This document shows positions 12,056 through 25,209 of a stretch of 64,000 bases of DNA, in pieces; position 1 is the first letter of the stretch, and each line of letters begins with the position of its first letter. The position numbers and the translations under genes are program-made. A model generated the notes under the pieces. It ran no database searches and was not told where the DNA came from. It saw nothing but the letters and a program-made list of their open reading frames with translations. The stretch comes from Carcharhinus longimanus (Eukaryota): assembly GCA_030264375.1 (NCBI GenBank), contig JASCQW010000112.1:31642764-31706763 (forward strand). The letters run 5' to 3'.

Positions 12056-14390
12056 ACTCCATCTGCCATCTCTCCACCCAAGTCTCCAGCCAATCTATGT
12101 CCTGCTGTATCCTCTGATGGTCTTCATCGTTATTTGCAAATCCACCAACCTTTGTGTCATCCACAAACTTACTAATCAAACTAGTTACATTTTCCTCTAA
12201 ATCATTTGTATATATTACAAACAGCAAAGGTCCCAGCTCTGATCCCTGAGAAATGTCACTTGTCACAGCCCTCCATTCAGAAACGCACCCTTCCACTGCT
12301 ACCCTCTGTCTTTTTTGACCGAGCCAGTTTTGTNNNNNNNNNNCCACCTTGCCAACTCACCTCTGATCCCATGCAACTTCACCTTCTGCACCAGTCTGCC
12401 ACAAGGGACCTTGTCAAAGGCCTTACTGAAGTCCATGTAGACAATATTCACTGCCTTCTTTGTCACTTCCTCGAAAAACCCGATCAAGTTAGTGAGACAC
12501 AACCTCCCCTTTTCAAAACATGTTGCCTCTCACTAATACATCCATTTATTTCCAAGTAGGAATAAATCCTGTCTTGAAAAATTCTCTTCAATAATTTCCC
12601 TACCACTGTCGTAAGGCTCACCAGCCTGTAATTACCTGGATTATTCTTGCTATCCTTCTTAAACAAAGGAACAATATTGGCTATCCTCCAATCCTATGGG
12701 ACCTCTCCTGTAACCAGTAAGGATATAAAGATTTCTCTCAATTCCTCCCATCCCTCTCTCAGTATTCTGGGATATATCCCATCAGGCTCTAGGGACTTGT
12801 CTACTTTAATGTTTCTCAAGATCCCCAATATCTCCTCCTTTTTGATCTCAACATGACTCAAACTATTTACATTTCCAGATTCATCATCCACCAAGCCCTT
12901 CTCTTTGATGAATACTAAGGCAAAGTACCGATTTAATAACTCACCCATTTTCTCTGGCTCCATGCATAGATTCCCTGAGTGGGCCAACCCTCTACATAGC
13001 TATCCTCTTGCTTTTTATATATGTATAAAAAGCCTTCGGATTTTCCTTAATCCAGCTGGTCAATGCTTTTTCATGACCCCTTTTAGCCCTCTTTACTCCT
13101 TTCTACTTTCCTTACATTCCACACTTTCTCATGTGTTCCCAGCCTCCGATCTTTGTCAAATGCTTCCTTTTTCTCTTTGACTAAGGCTCATAATATCTCT
13201 CGTTATTCAAGGTTCCCAAACTTGCCATACTTATCCTTCATCCTTGTGGGAATGTGCCGGTCCTGAATCCCTTTCAACTTATGCTTGAAAGCCTCCCACA
13301 TGTCAGATGTTGATTTGCCCTCAAACATCGGCCCCCAATCTACATTCTTCAGTTCCTGCCTAATATTGTTGGAATTAGCTTCCCCCAATTTAGCAACTTA
13401 ACTTGAGGACTTCACTTATCTTTATCCATCAGTACCTTAAAACTTGCTGAATTGTGATCACTGTTCCCAAACTGCTCCCTGACTGAAACATTGACCACCT
13501 GGCTGGGCTCATTCCCCAATACCAGGTCCAGTATGGCCCCTTCCCTAGTTGGACTATCTACATACTGTTTCAAGGAGTCCTCCTGGATGCTCCTTACAAA
13601 CTCTGCCCCAACCACACCCCTAGTACGTGAGTCCCAGTCAATATAGGGGAAGTTAAAATCTCCCACCACAACAACCCCGTTACTTTTACACCTTGCCAAA
13701 ATCTGCCTACACATCTGTTCCTCTATCTCCCACTGGCAGTTGGGCGGCCTATAGTAAATCCCCAACATTGAGACCACTCCTTTCCTATTCCTGAGCTCTA
13801 CCCATATTGCCTCGCTGTATGAGCCCTCCGAGAGGTCCTCCCAGAGTACAGCTGTAATATTCTCCTTAACCAGTAGTACAACTCCCCCACACCTTTTACA
13901 TCCCCCTCTATCTCTCCAGGGTACAGATGTTTCAGGTATGTTAAGATGCCAATCCTGTCCTTCCCTTAACCAAGTCTATATAATGGCAATATCATAGTTC
14001 CTAGTACTAATCCGAGCTATAGGTTCATCTGCCTTACCTGTTACACTTCTTGCATTGAAATAAATGCACTTCGGTCCACCAGACCCTCTTTGATTAGCAA
14101 CCCTACCCTGCCTGCTGTTTGAGTCTGACTGGCTCTACTCGCTGGTTCCCCTTCAGCTAATTCACCTTCGCTTTGGTTCCCAACCCCCTGCCAAATTAGT
14201 TTAAGTCCTCCCATGTGACACTAGCAAACTTCCCGGCCAGAATATTTTCCCGGCCAGTTTAGATGCAACCCGTTGTTCTTGTACAGGTTGATCCAGATAT
14301 CTGAAACCCTTCCTCCTACACCAGCTGTTCAACCACATATTGAGCTGCATTATCTTCCTATTCCTAGCCTCACTAGTATGTTCACTCCAG
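12056..14390 (-). mobile_element. CR1-type LINE ORF2 (APE endonuclease + RT N-half), disrupted
   Basis: GIYYRPPN, VVGDFNFPYIDW, LDLVLGN, SDHN (endonuclease); PGNYRLVSLT, YMDFSKAFDKVP, QGSELGPLLF, KFVDDTK (RT). Confidence 0.92.
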
Positions 14391-14952
14391 TTCATTGTAT
14401 ATATCAATGATTTGGGTCCTTTATCAACATGATCCCCATTTCAGTTCAAACCATGTACATACATGGAAAACTGTCACACAGATGGAACATTTTACTTTAG
14501 ACATAATTCCCAGTATAATGTTCATTAACTGTGAAGAAGATGATTTCTAATGTTTTGGACAAAACTTGTGAAAATGATATCCACATATCACATGATGCAA
14601 TGCAGTTAAGCCTTGTTCTAACTTCTCCAAAATTCAGAAGAGCTCTTCTATTACATCAATTCTACTTCCCATATCAGACTCACATGAAAGTTAAGAGAGA
14701 TTCCCAATGTAATGCCTAATTTGGGACAGAGTTGTCTTATTAACTAACAGAAATGATCTAAACTAATTTCATATATAGCATTTCTTGCCAAGAAGAAATT
14801 TGCATCCATTATCGAGGTTCAATTTAAAACCAGTTGGACAGTATCATAATTTACTCTGTTATTCAGGAAATAAAGCTTTAGAAAAAAGAGCCCAATGATT
14901 CAACTGATATTATTTGGTTTATAATTTATATGAAGAACAACTCAAAACTTAC

Positions 14953-15689
14953 AGGAGGGGGCAGTGGTACAGCAGGTGGTGGAGGAGCATCTTCCTCTGG
15001 TGACATCACCTCTGGCAAAGGACTTGGTAGTTGCTCCGTTTGAACAACAGCAGGATTATTGTTATTGTCCTCTATTGTCGCAGGAATTTCATTGTCATCT
15101 GTCTGAATCAATTCAGAATGTGGAGAAGGCAGCTGGTTATCATTGGCATCTGATGACGGTTGAACTTCAGGCTGAGTTGTTGGTTCAGGCTGCACAGAAC
15201 CAGACTCCACAATGCTGGTGTTACCATTATCAACATCTGCTAAAGCACCTACGTAGTCCTGCTGGTTACTGGGGAGATAAAATGGCATGTTATCCATACC
15301 TCCAGCTAGTGTATTAAAACGCTGATAGAGTAACTTCTGTATATTTGGTCCACTTGGGCCTTCAGGCTCCGTTATAGAACTGCGTTTCTTCAGAGGCCTT
15401 GGTGCATGTGCCAGCTTTTTCCTTAGAGCTTCAAGGTCAGCATCACTTTGATACCGTAATGGTGAGTGCACAATGGGCAATAATTTTGTAGGACTCAGAG
15501 GACGTGGGATGTTTTCAACATTCGAGTTGGCAGGTGGCAAGTTCTCATGCTCTGGATCTTTTTCAATACTAGTTTGGTTTTCATCACTGGTCGGAGGATG
15601 GGAACTTTGGAAAGGCTGATTATGAGCAAAAGGCAAAGGAGATGGGGAAGCAGAACCAGATCCAGATGACAATACTGGCTTTCCATACA
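14953..15689 (-). CDS. PPP1R13B: ASPP1 large proline-rich exon (MYGKPVL...PRPLSPTKL...[17 protein letters not shown]...PLPPP)
   Basis: cttttctag acceptor, gtaagt donor, 737 nt, phase 1->0; lies in ORF 14926..15690. Confidence 0.96.
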
Positions 15690-16014
15690 CTAGAAAAGTG
15701 AAACAGAGACCTCTTTATTAAATCAAAAGCAATGGTTATACTTAACTATATCAAATTCCCACCAATCATGACTTGCTCTTTCGCTAATTTGCTTCTCCGT
15801 ACAAAAGTCTTTGCTCACCAGATCGCCCATTGCGGGCCCAAATGTTCATTTATCTGCAGTTTTAAATGTTAAAATATAGAAGCTAACATGCCAAAAAAGA
15901 AAAACTGCGCAAATTTAAAAAACAACAATTGGTGTCCGTAATATATTTCCTGCACTAGATAGTGCACGCAATCATTTTGTTGCTGCACATAGGTGTTCAC
16001 GGTTGTTGATATTT

Positions 16015-16258
16015 ACTCCACTAATGTCCTTTAGGGAAGGAAATCTGTCATCTTTACCTGGTCTGGCCTACATGTGACTCCAGAGCCGCAGTAATGTGGT
16101 TGACTCTCATCTGCCCTCTGAAATGGCCTAGCAAGCCACTCAGTTGTATCAATCGCTCAAGAAGGCAACACACCATCACCTTCTCAAGGGCAGCTAGGGA
16201 CAGGCAATAAATACTGGCCAACCAGAGACATCTATGTCCCATGAATGAATAAATGAAT
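16015..16258 (+). mobile_element. SacSINE1/Deu-like SINE 3' half
   Basis: ggaaggaaatctg...acctggtctggcctacatgtgactccagagcc core and tail gggcagctagggacaggcaataaatactggcc. Confidence 0.7.
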
Positions 16259-16583
16259 TTCTGATCACAATCCACCTCTACTCTCAAGTGAAGTACAAGT
16301 TTTACGTTGTGTAATAAGACAAAACAAAAACCAATTTCCCCAGTATATGTCTCTAAGAGCATAGCTTCTATTGCCTTTGATCCTTTATATATATCAAAAT
16401 GTAGCATAGCTGGAACCAATTAATAAAACATGTTTGTTGCTTGTGATCTCTCAGTTTGCAAGTTTGCACCGGAACATAACCCCTGCAAATGGCAGGGCTG
16501 CATACTTTACGACAGACACAATATTATAAAAAATATCAAATTATTAATTGCTTTGATCAAGCATTAAAAGTTAAACTACTTAC

Positions 16584-17109
16584 TTGCTTTAACAGTATGA
16601 GTTTTGTTTAGGGTGTTATATGCAGCCTGTTGATAATTCTTTGGTGGAGTAGCTTGCTGAAGATACATAGAATAAATTGAACTGGAATTCACGGTTTGAG
16701 GCCCTTTTCGTGGAGACTGAGGTCTAGAACCTTTATCAGTTAAGAATGGCCTTACTGCCACAGCTAGTGGTGGATCAGGTCTGTTATCTCCAGCAGGAAA
16801 CAATGGTGAACCAGCTGGCTGATAAGTAGGACTTGGAGGCACAGTAATTCTCTGCTGAATTTGTTGTGAGGCACTAGCTTGAAATGTACTTGCAGGTTGC
16901 GAAAGCTGGATAGGTTTCTGCCAATTTGCTGAGGTTATGTTGGAGACTGAACCCATATTAGGCCGAGGCTGAGTGTTATCTTTCATTCTTTCCAGTGAAC
17001 TGGTAGAACCGATGGCCATGAGAGAAGATTTCGAGTGAGATCCATAAGACTGAGGCAGCTGCTTTACTGCACTTGGCACTGATGGCGGTACTTTTCCTGT
17101 TTCAATACC
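16584..17109 (-). CDS. PPP1R13B: ASPP1 exon ([19 protein letters not shown]...[33 protein letters not shown]...VKA)
   Basis: tttaatttag acceptor, gtaagt donor, 526 nt, phase 0->1. Confidence 0.95.
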
Positions 17110-17269
17110 CTAAATTAAAGAAGATATTGTTAAAACTACTCAATCAGATTATAATCTCCAGAACAAAGCTTTATCTAACCAATTTGTGACTAATGGCCAG
17201 TTTCAAAAACATAAAGCACTTAAAAAGTTTCATGTCATTTACCCTTCGGTGGAAAGTTTAAAGTTTATT

Positions 17270-17570
17270 TATTAGTGTGACAGGTGGCCTTACATTAACA
17301 CTGCAGTGAAGTTACTGTGAAAATCCCCTAGCCGCCACACTCTGGCACTTGTTCAGGTACACTGAAGGAGAATTTAGCATAGCCAAATGCTAGATTGGAA
17401 GATTTGACGTTTGAAAAATAAGAACATAATTAGCGGGCATTCAAAGAAATTTTCAACCATTGGTTAAAAATGAAAAGCAACCTAAAAGATTGGAAGATGG
17501 GGAGGAATGCACCTGGCCAGCACATCTTTCGGACTGAGGGAGGAAGCTGGAATACCTGGAGGAAATTTGT
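17270..17570 (-). mobile_element. HE1/V-SINE-like fragment (interrupted)
   Basis: gaagttactgtgaaaatcccctagccgccacactctggc... and cacatctttcggactgagggaggaagctgga. Confidence 0.55.
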
Positions 17571-17932
17571 GCCCAAAGAAGTGTGAATAGGAACAAATTA
17601 CTATTTATAGCTGCCACCCAAAAAAAGGGTTGAGGAATTATGAACTCAATGTTCAGTCAGGAAGGCTGTAAATTGCCTAAACTTATCTTGATCTTTCATA
17701 ATATTATTTCACTATTTTCATACTATTCAAGTATGACGAACACTGTTAAATGTTCAAAAACTAAAACTTTGGATTCAGAATAAACAAAATTTAATAGTGT
17801 GTCCTGGAGAAGTACAGGCAGTCTGCCATCTAGAGTTGCTGTACCTTGAAATTAATTTACTAAAATCGGACAGGAAAAGATCACCTCATATCAAATGGAT
17901 CAGAGACAATTTGAAGTACTGTCAAAACCTAC

Positions 17933-18108
17933 CACCATTTTTTCATTGCTTGAAATAGCTGAGGAAGTGGACAGGGCCTGACTTGATCCAGTTCCAGGTT
18001 TCAAAACTGTATCCATGTTGGATTCCTTCCAGTCATTGTTTGCTGTTGTAGGTGATTTCCCTGTAGTAACAGATCCCTGTGGGAGTGCTGGCCAATTTCC
18101 ATCGTTAG
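17933..18108 (-). CDS. PPP1R13B: ASPP1 exon (ANDGNWPALPQG...NDWKESNMDTVLKPG...NEKMV)
   Basis: cctaattag acceptor, gtaggt donor (a tandem GT donor would end the exon 3 nt earlier); 176 nt, phase 1->0; ANDGNWP matches ASPP1. Confidence 0.92.
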
Positions 18109-18689
18109 CTAATTAGGACATGAAAAATTGCAGTACATTTAACAAATCTATTTAAAAAGATTCAAACAGCTACTTATTTTGATTAAATTGATCACCTAAT
18201 CTATCACTCCAGTTAGGGCAGAGTTAGGGAGAGAATGCACCAACTATTGTTCAAGCACAATCATTGCAGCCATTTTGGGAACAAAGTGGAAATATAATTT
18301 CCTTATTTTACTATGCACATGGCACATGCAAGCAGTTGAGTTTCGTTACAAACTGATTAGATATGTCATATGTCCTCTGCCTAAAGACAGGGCCTAAGAT
18401 CACTGATAATACCTCATCTCAAGCTGTTTTCTTGGCAGTTTCTCTGTGGTAGTTTGCCATTGCCTTCATTTGGTTAACTGACATACAAAGACAATGATCC
18501 TCTAAATACTATTATTGCATGCTACTTGTCGCACAACACACATCATCACACCAAAATCGCAAAATAATTTTCTCTAGTTGTTTATTTAAGCTTCACTTAG
18601 CCTGACGGATCAGCATTTTAACACAACGTAACCATAATGGTACGATTAGTTAAGGTCTTCTTTGGTAAATTTCCCAGAGATGGACAAAG

Positions 18690-19590
18690 CAAACCTTACA
18701 GTTAAGGAGGAGTGTGAAGTATTGGATGGGACAATATTTCTTTCCTATGTTTAAGATTCTTAGCATTCTTGAAAGTAGATCAATCACCAGGCCAAGAAGA
18801 AATGTATAGCAGGTTGTTAAAGAAAACAAAAGAAGAAATAGTGGAAATTTTATCCATCAGTTTTCAATCCTCTCTGAACATAGGTGTGGTGATGGAGGAT
18901 GACAGGATTGCTAATCTTGCATAGTTGTTGGGAAGGAATAGCCCAAGTAATGAAAGCCAGTTGACAATTACTTCAATGGTGGGCAAATTATTGGAAAAAA
19001 TTCTGAGACAAGATATAATTAACCATTTAGAGGGCCTTGGATTAATTAGGGACAGCATGGATTTGTTAAGAGAAAGTAATTTTTGAGTAACATGATAAGA
19101 CTGGTTTTGAGGAAGTAACAAGGTGGGTCAATAAGGGAGGCATGTTTGAAGTAATTTGCATAACGACAAGGGCTTTTGAAAAGGTCCCCCATTGCAGACT
19201 GATCAGAATTGTAAAAGCCTACGGAATCCAAGAGAAATTAGCAAATTGGATCCAAAATTGGCTCTGTGACAGGAATCATTGGTTATTGGTTAAAGGGTGT
19301 TTTCAAGATTGGAAAGCTGCTTCCACTGAGATTCTACAAGGCTCAGTACTTGGTCTCTAAGTACATGTTATACATATTAATGATTCAGACTGAAATGTGT
19401 GCATCATTGGGATATGAAAATTAACCAAGGGGTAAAAGTGGGGGAAAAAAAGCTGTAGTCCATAGGAAGATAACCACAGGATGGTCAGATGGGTAGAAAA
19501 GTGGTTAATGGAATTCACAGAAGTGAAAGGTAGCGCATTTGGAAAGGATAAACAAGGCTAGAGAACGCACAGTAAATTATAGGTGCTATT
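18690..19590 (+). mobile_element. Degenerate CR1 RT fragment
   Basis: AFEKVPHCRLI...WIQNWL...QGSVLG in ORF 19142..19360. Confidence 0.75.
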
Positions 19591-20469
19591 GTAAGTGCCA
19601 GTTTGCTCAAAGGGAAATTTGAACAAGCGCATGTTATGAGGAGGTATCTGAAGTCAAGAGAAGTACATTTCAGACTACTTGTGAATATTTTAAATGTTAA
19701 ATTTAAACATTTATCACGACAAAAGGGGAAAAAACATTACTTAAAGACACAAGAACACTTTTACACAGTTAACAGTACTTCTACAAAAACTTTTCCCACA
19801 ATATTCTGGCTTTAAGTAAACTCAGAGCTAAACTCCCTTCTGGTGGCAACAGTCCTCATTGGTTTTTAATCTATTTTTAAAAATCCAGTAATGTTACTAC
19901 AAAATGTTCTGCTGCTATACAGAAATCTTACTGGGATTGGTATGGGGTACTGGGGAGCCACAATTTGTCGACAAGGCTGTTTGTAGACAAAAAACATCTA
20001 TTCTGAGAGTGGTGGCAATGGATTTCTCACAAGTCTGTCTCCAGCGCACACCATCTTGGCAAAATGTCATAGCCACCCTCTAACAATCATCAATTTATTT
20101 TTAAACATGTTTTTTCCCTTTCCCAAAATTTAACAATCTTTTGTGTTATTTTATGGCTACTTTTTAAAGAAAATAAACTTACTACTTCACCTCACCAATT
20201 TAAGATCACCCAATTGTATATGTTCCTTTTGAAATACAAGTTAACTCTAAATCACTTATTCATACTGCCTTCCTGGCACTCCATTTCCACTTCAACCACT
20301 TGCCTTCTCATCTACCTCTTGTTGAAGTTTCAACTCTTGCAGTCTAACTGTCTTCAGTTTAATTAAACCAGACACATCCATACTCAAACACAAATGCCTT
20401 TTTTCACAATAAATGATGGTGATATCAAAAAAATTGCGAAATCTCATTTTCTCACAATAAGTTTCTGAA

Positions 20470-21510
20470 AAACGTAGAGCAACAGGAGGATCTTGGAGTC
20501 TATGACTACTGATATCTGAAGGTAGCAGGACAGGTAGATAAAGTGGTCAACAAGGCATAGGGGATCCTTTCCTTTAGTGTTGGAGCTGGGAATGTTATGT
20601 GAACACCATTCAGACTACAGCTAAAATACTGCGCAAGTTCTGGTCATCTGATTACAGCAAGGATCTGATCATAGAGACTCAAGGGTATTTCTAGGAATGC
20701 TGCATTTATGGATGACTAAAGATGAAATTGGCTGGGCTTGTTTTCCTTGGAGCAGAGCAAACCGAGGAAATTTCATTGAGATGCATAGGGAAGACCTAAT
20801 TTTTTTAAGCAGACAGATTAATAACCAGCAGGTATGGATTTCTAGTAATTGGTGGATGAATTAGAGGGGAATTTAGGTGCAATTCTTTCATCCAGGAGAG
20901 GTCTCAAACTCACTGTCTGAAAGGGCAGCAGAGGCAGAAATACTCATCTCGTTTATTGAGCATTTGAGATGCAGTAATCTATAGTGCTACAGATCACAAG
21001 CTGGAAGTTGTGGTTAGACTGGATAACTCTTCCAGTTGGCATGGACACATTGGACCAAATGTTCTCCTTCTGTGTCTTAAATATTTCTATGTTCTCAACA
21101 TGAATTTCTGAACTTAACAGGTCCATAGGAAATAAAGTGGGCAGCACATCATTCCACAATTACTTCCACGCCTCTGTGGTGGCTACATTTTAATAGCAGC
21201 AGAGAATAGGTCACCAACTCATTGACTAAAAAGGGAATGGAACAATGGTGGTTATCAAATGGAAAAATGGTGCTTTGCAAAATTTCAGATAGTGGATGTC
21301 TGGAATTCGCTGCTGGAATTGGTGATGGAGACAAAGACCCTAAACTCTCTTAAAAAATACCTGGATCTGCACATTAAGTGCTGTAAGAAACAGGGCTATG
21401 GCCAGCTTCAGGAAGGTAGGATTAGAAAGAGCACATGGGTGTCCTCAGGGTGACATAGACAAGATGAGCTGAATAGTCTCCTCCTGTGCTGTTACTTTTC
21501 TATTTTCCTA
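20470..21510 (+). mobile_element. Two degenerate CR1 3' fragments
   Basis: gggcttgttttccttggagcagag and VWNSL motifs followed by CR1 tails. Confidence 0.6.
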
Positions 21511-22920
21511 AGGTAGCTCATAAAAACATGATTACTTTTCCAAATTCAAAACTTATTCTATTTAACGACAGAAGTTTTAAGTTTGTGCAGAAATGTAAAA
21601 ATGATTTCTTTAATACTATCTTAATTCAAAATTAGCAATATATTTGAATGTTTTACATTACAATTTTATCATATATATCACAAAGTGCAAAGTATACATT
21701 CTATTTGTCTACAATGCCACAATTGGTTCTCAGCAAGTGTAAGAAAGGAAACTTAATTAAAAGAAACTGTACACCAGCTAATTCTTCCAATTTTCTGCTC
21801 ATCATCCATTTCTGAAAGCATCAGTTCACTTTATTTGGCACTACATAATGTGTTAATTCGTAATACAATTATCCATGGGTTTTAGATGTAAATCCATCAG
21901 TTTTGGTTATGGCAAATTTAACAATGCGCCACTTAACCACCAGTTCACTGCATGGGTTGTTTAAACACAACCCAGCCTACTAAAAATTGTTTGGTTGTTT
22001 ACTTACTATTTACTTATTTACTATTGTGACAATTTCGTAAAATCAAATTTCAACTTTTGGGCTATTTTGATTTATGAACTCATTTTGTTCCTTGGATGGG
22101 ATTTTTATTTATTTTATAAAAGATTGTCAAGCTAGAAAGAATTTTTGCAATTAAAAAATTAACTTTCCCTGTTCTTGTATGTAAATTTAAAAGTTTTAAA
22201 ACAGTCTGCATTATATTAAGGTGTCTCTGGAAGCTTAAAAGAAAAAAGTCTTTAAATGCCTGACAAGCTCAACATTATAGAATTTCAATCACAACTACTA
22301 CTTTCACAAGATCTTGATTTAAAATGGGTGAAGATGACAACTTCTCTTGAAAAAATGAAAAAAAAATTGAGAGCTTACTAGTAAATCAACATGAACAACA
22401 ATTATATTGAGCATTTGCAAGATAAACAAAGGAGAAAAACTTTCAGTCCACCTTCAGGTTTTCCATAAAGAAAACTGAATCACAAATAGATCTACTGAAA
22501 TTATATAAAACCGTGACTTTGCCTTACATATCAACTACTGCAGAATTGTTCATGGCCTTTGCAAAACTACTGTAACATTACATTTGGGGGAGCATTAAAG
22601 AATTCTCAATATTTTGTACCATTAGACCACTATAATCAATGGCAGGCTATTATAATCACTGAATATTCAGTTTTGAGGAGTTAAAACAGGTGAAAAGATT
22701 TCATTCAGTTTTGAACAGTCAATCATAAAAGGAAACTTCATGCACCAGGCATATACAAACACATGCATCAGTTAGATATATTAAATATGATTAGATTAAA
22801 AAAACCCTTAAATAGGATGCCAGATTTAATTAGGGATGCATTATTAGGGGATTGTTGCATTCAAAATTATAACAAATTACATCAGTCAGTTCAATAAAGC
22901 AGAACTGTATAAAGACGTAC

Positions 22921-23034
22921 AACCCAAGCATCTGCTTTCATAGTTTTTAAAATGCAAGGATGAACCAGAGTCAAGACCCACATCCAAATTAGACACCACC
23001 CAGGAGCCGGTCAGCTTGTGTCTAAGCATTTCAT
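22921..23034 (-). CDS. PPP1R13B: Putative ASPP1 cassette exon B (DEMLRHKLTGSWVVSNLDVGLDSGSSLHFKNYESRCLG)
   Basis: Pyrimidine-rich acceptor tattttctgttctattatacatag, donor gtacgt; 114 nt, phase 1->1, open in the ASPP1 frame; shares W.VSNLD with exon A. Confidence 0.62.
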
Positions 23035-23402
23035 CTATGTATAATAGAACAGAAAATAGAAGACATATAACTGTAGAACACATTAGGTTTAAATTTTAAA
23101 TATTAGATGCATTTTTAGAAACAAGATTAAAATGTTACCATTTAGTGCTTTTTGATTGAAAACATACAACATGAACATTTAGCTCTACCACGTTTATTTA
23201 CATCTACATTTGGCTGCACAATAACACTCACTTGTATTTACAATAGATTCATAGGATTAATTTGTAACAAAAGTATTAAATGTAACCCGGAATTTTCCAA
23301 ATGTCACTTCTAAGGCAAGCAGAATGATTGTTTTATGCAAGCTTAAAGTATACCGCAGAAAATGTCCTTTAAGCAAAGTCAGTAACAGTTCCACAGACTC
23401 AC

Positions 23403-23558
23403 AATGTAGTTTGTCAGGAACAGAAGCTGCCAAGTGGTTCACACTATGATCTGGAGACTTTAGGGAGGCAGCAGAAGAAATTAAACCAGGATCCACTATG
23501 ATGTCTAAATTAGAAACTTTCCAAATCCCTGGAGGTTTTTTCAAACTGCCATCTGATT
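23403..23558 (-). CDS. PPP1R13B: Putative ASPP1 cassette exon A (ESDGSLKKPPGIWKVSNLDIIVDPGLISSAASLKSPDHSVNHLAASVPDKLH)
   Basis: Acceptor tttgacttcttggacag, perfect gtgagt donor; 156 nt, phase 1->1, open in the ASPP1 frame. Confidence 0.75.
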
Positions 23559-23989
23559 CTGTCCAAGAAGTCAAAGCAAAGTGAGTCATTGAAGGACCCA
23601 GTAGTAAAGCAAAAGAGAAACAAGAACACAAAATAAGACAGTAAATTAAACATAAAAAGGAAGTTAGAAGAAATCTGAAATATTAAATTATAAATTCTAA
23701 ATATGGCACACTAAAAATGTGATCCCAAATACTTCCCAACTTCGTAACATACTAACAGCTAGTATAAAATGACACCCTGAAAGAACGAAACACTTAGATA
23801 GGATGCTACAACACTCTGGAAATAAGATCACTTCTGAACTCTTTCGGAGGAGGGAATTAGCACTAAGAAATTATGATCCCAGCTCAGACTCCCAAGCTTT
23901 TGGTAAGATCCGGTTAGAGATCAATAACATTTTGTTTAAAGTAGCCAAAAGTTTAAGGTTCAAGAAATTTGCTAAGAGAATCCACAAAA

Positions 23990-24770
23990 TTCATAGAAAC
24001 TTGAAGGAGGTCATTCCACCCTTCGAACCTGCACCGCCATTCATTTTGATCATGGCTGATCATCAAATTCAATATCCTGATCCCCCTTCCTCCTTGATTG
24101 TGCTTTAACAATAGTTGGTGCATTCTCTCCCTAACTCTGCCCTAACTTTAGCACCATGAACTATATCTAAATTCTTCTTGAAATCAGACGTTTGGTCTCA
24201 GTTACATTCTATGGTAGTGAATTCCACTCATTCACCATCCTCTGGGTGAAGTAATTTCTTCTCATCTCAGTTCTAAAAGTCCCTTTATTCTTAAACTATG
24301 ACCCCTAGTTCTGGTCTCCCCCACCATTGGGAACATTCTTTCTGAATCTACCCTAACCTTGTCAGAATTTTGAGAGTTTCTATGAAGTCCCCTTCCACAC
24401 TTCTAAACTCCAGTGAATATAATCCTAACCAATTTAGTCTCTCCTCATATGCCAGACCTGCCACCCCAGGAATCAGCCTGGTAAACCTTCGCTGTACTTC
24501 CTCTAATAGCAAGGACACCCTTCCTCAGATAAGGGCACTCAAATTGCACAATACTCCAGGTGTGGCCTCATCAACACCGTATACAACTGCAGCAAAACAT
24601 CCTTATTCTTATATTCAAATCCTCTTGCTCTGAAGGCCAACATATCATTTGCCTTCTTTACTGCCTGCTTACCTGCGTGCTTACTTTCAGCAACTGATGC
24701 ACGACGACTTCAAGGTTTTGTTGAGTACTACCTCTCTCAATTTACACCCATTCAAGAAATAATCTCTTTT
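23990..24770 (-). mobile_element. CR1 3' fragment
   Basis: Antisense of the RFTRLIPG..GL.YEERL..LGLYSLEFRR region. Confidence 0.75.
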
Positions 24771-25209
24771 TCCACAGATTTTGAACAAACAAAAATAAAC
24801 TTTACCATACAACGTCAAAATATAAAACCATTTACAATGTTGATTTTACATTCTTAACATTCAGAATTAATATTAAGTGCGTATGAATTAACAGAAAATT
24901 GTGATCAAACACACCACGTTTTACAAAGTCCAATGGATTTTGCAGCAACCTACCAGATGTCAGTAAACACTGAGTCATCAACCAATCTCTGAAAATCTGT
25001 CTCCCTCATGAACGATTCTAAAGTTTTCACTTTTGAAGACCAAGATACTGAATTCTTTCAAAGCTGCTCCAACTCAGACCTGTCAAAACCTGCACCTCTC
25101 CCAGGATTTTGATCTCATTTCCTGATTCTGCATTTGCCCGAATTTTCAAGCCTACACTCCAGCCTCAACTTACTAGTGCAATTTCAGTTCTTTACAAGCT
25201 TTTCTTTAA

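Noticed and set aside
14964-15317. Plus-strand ORFs overlapping ASPP1 exons (also 4157, 38661, 50199)
   Set aside because: Antisense shadows of real coding exons, with no independent support.
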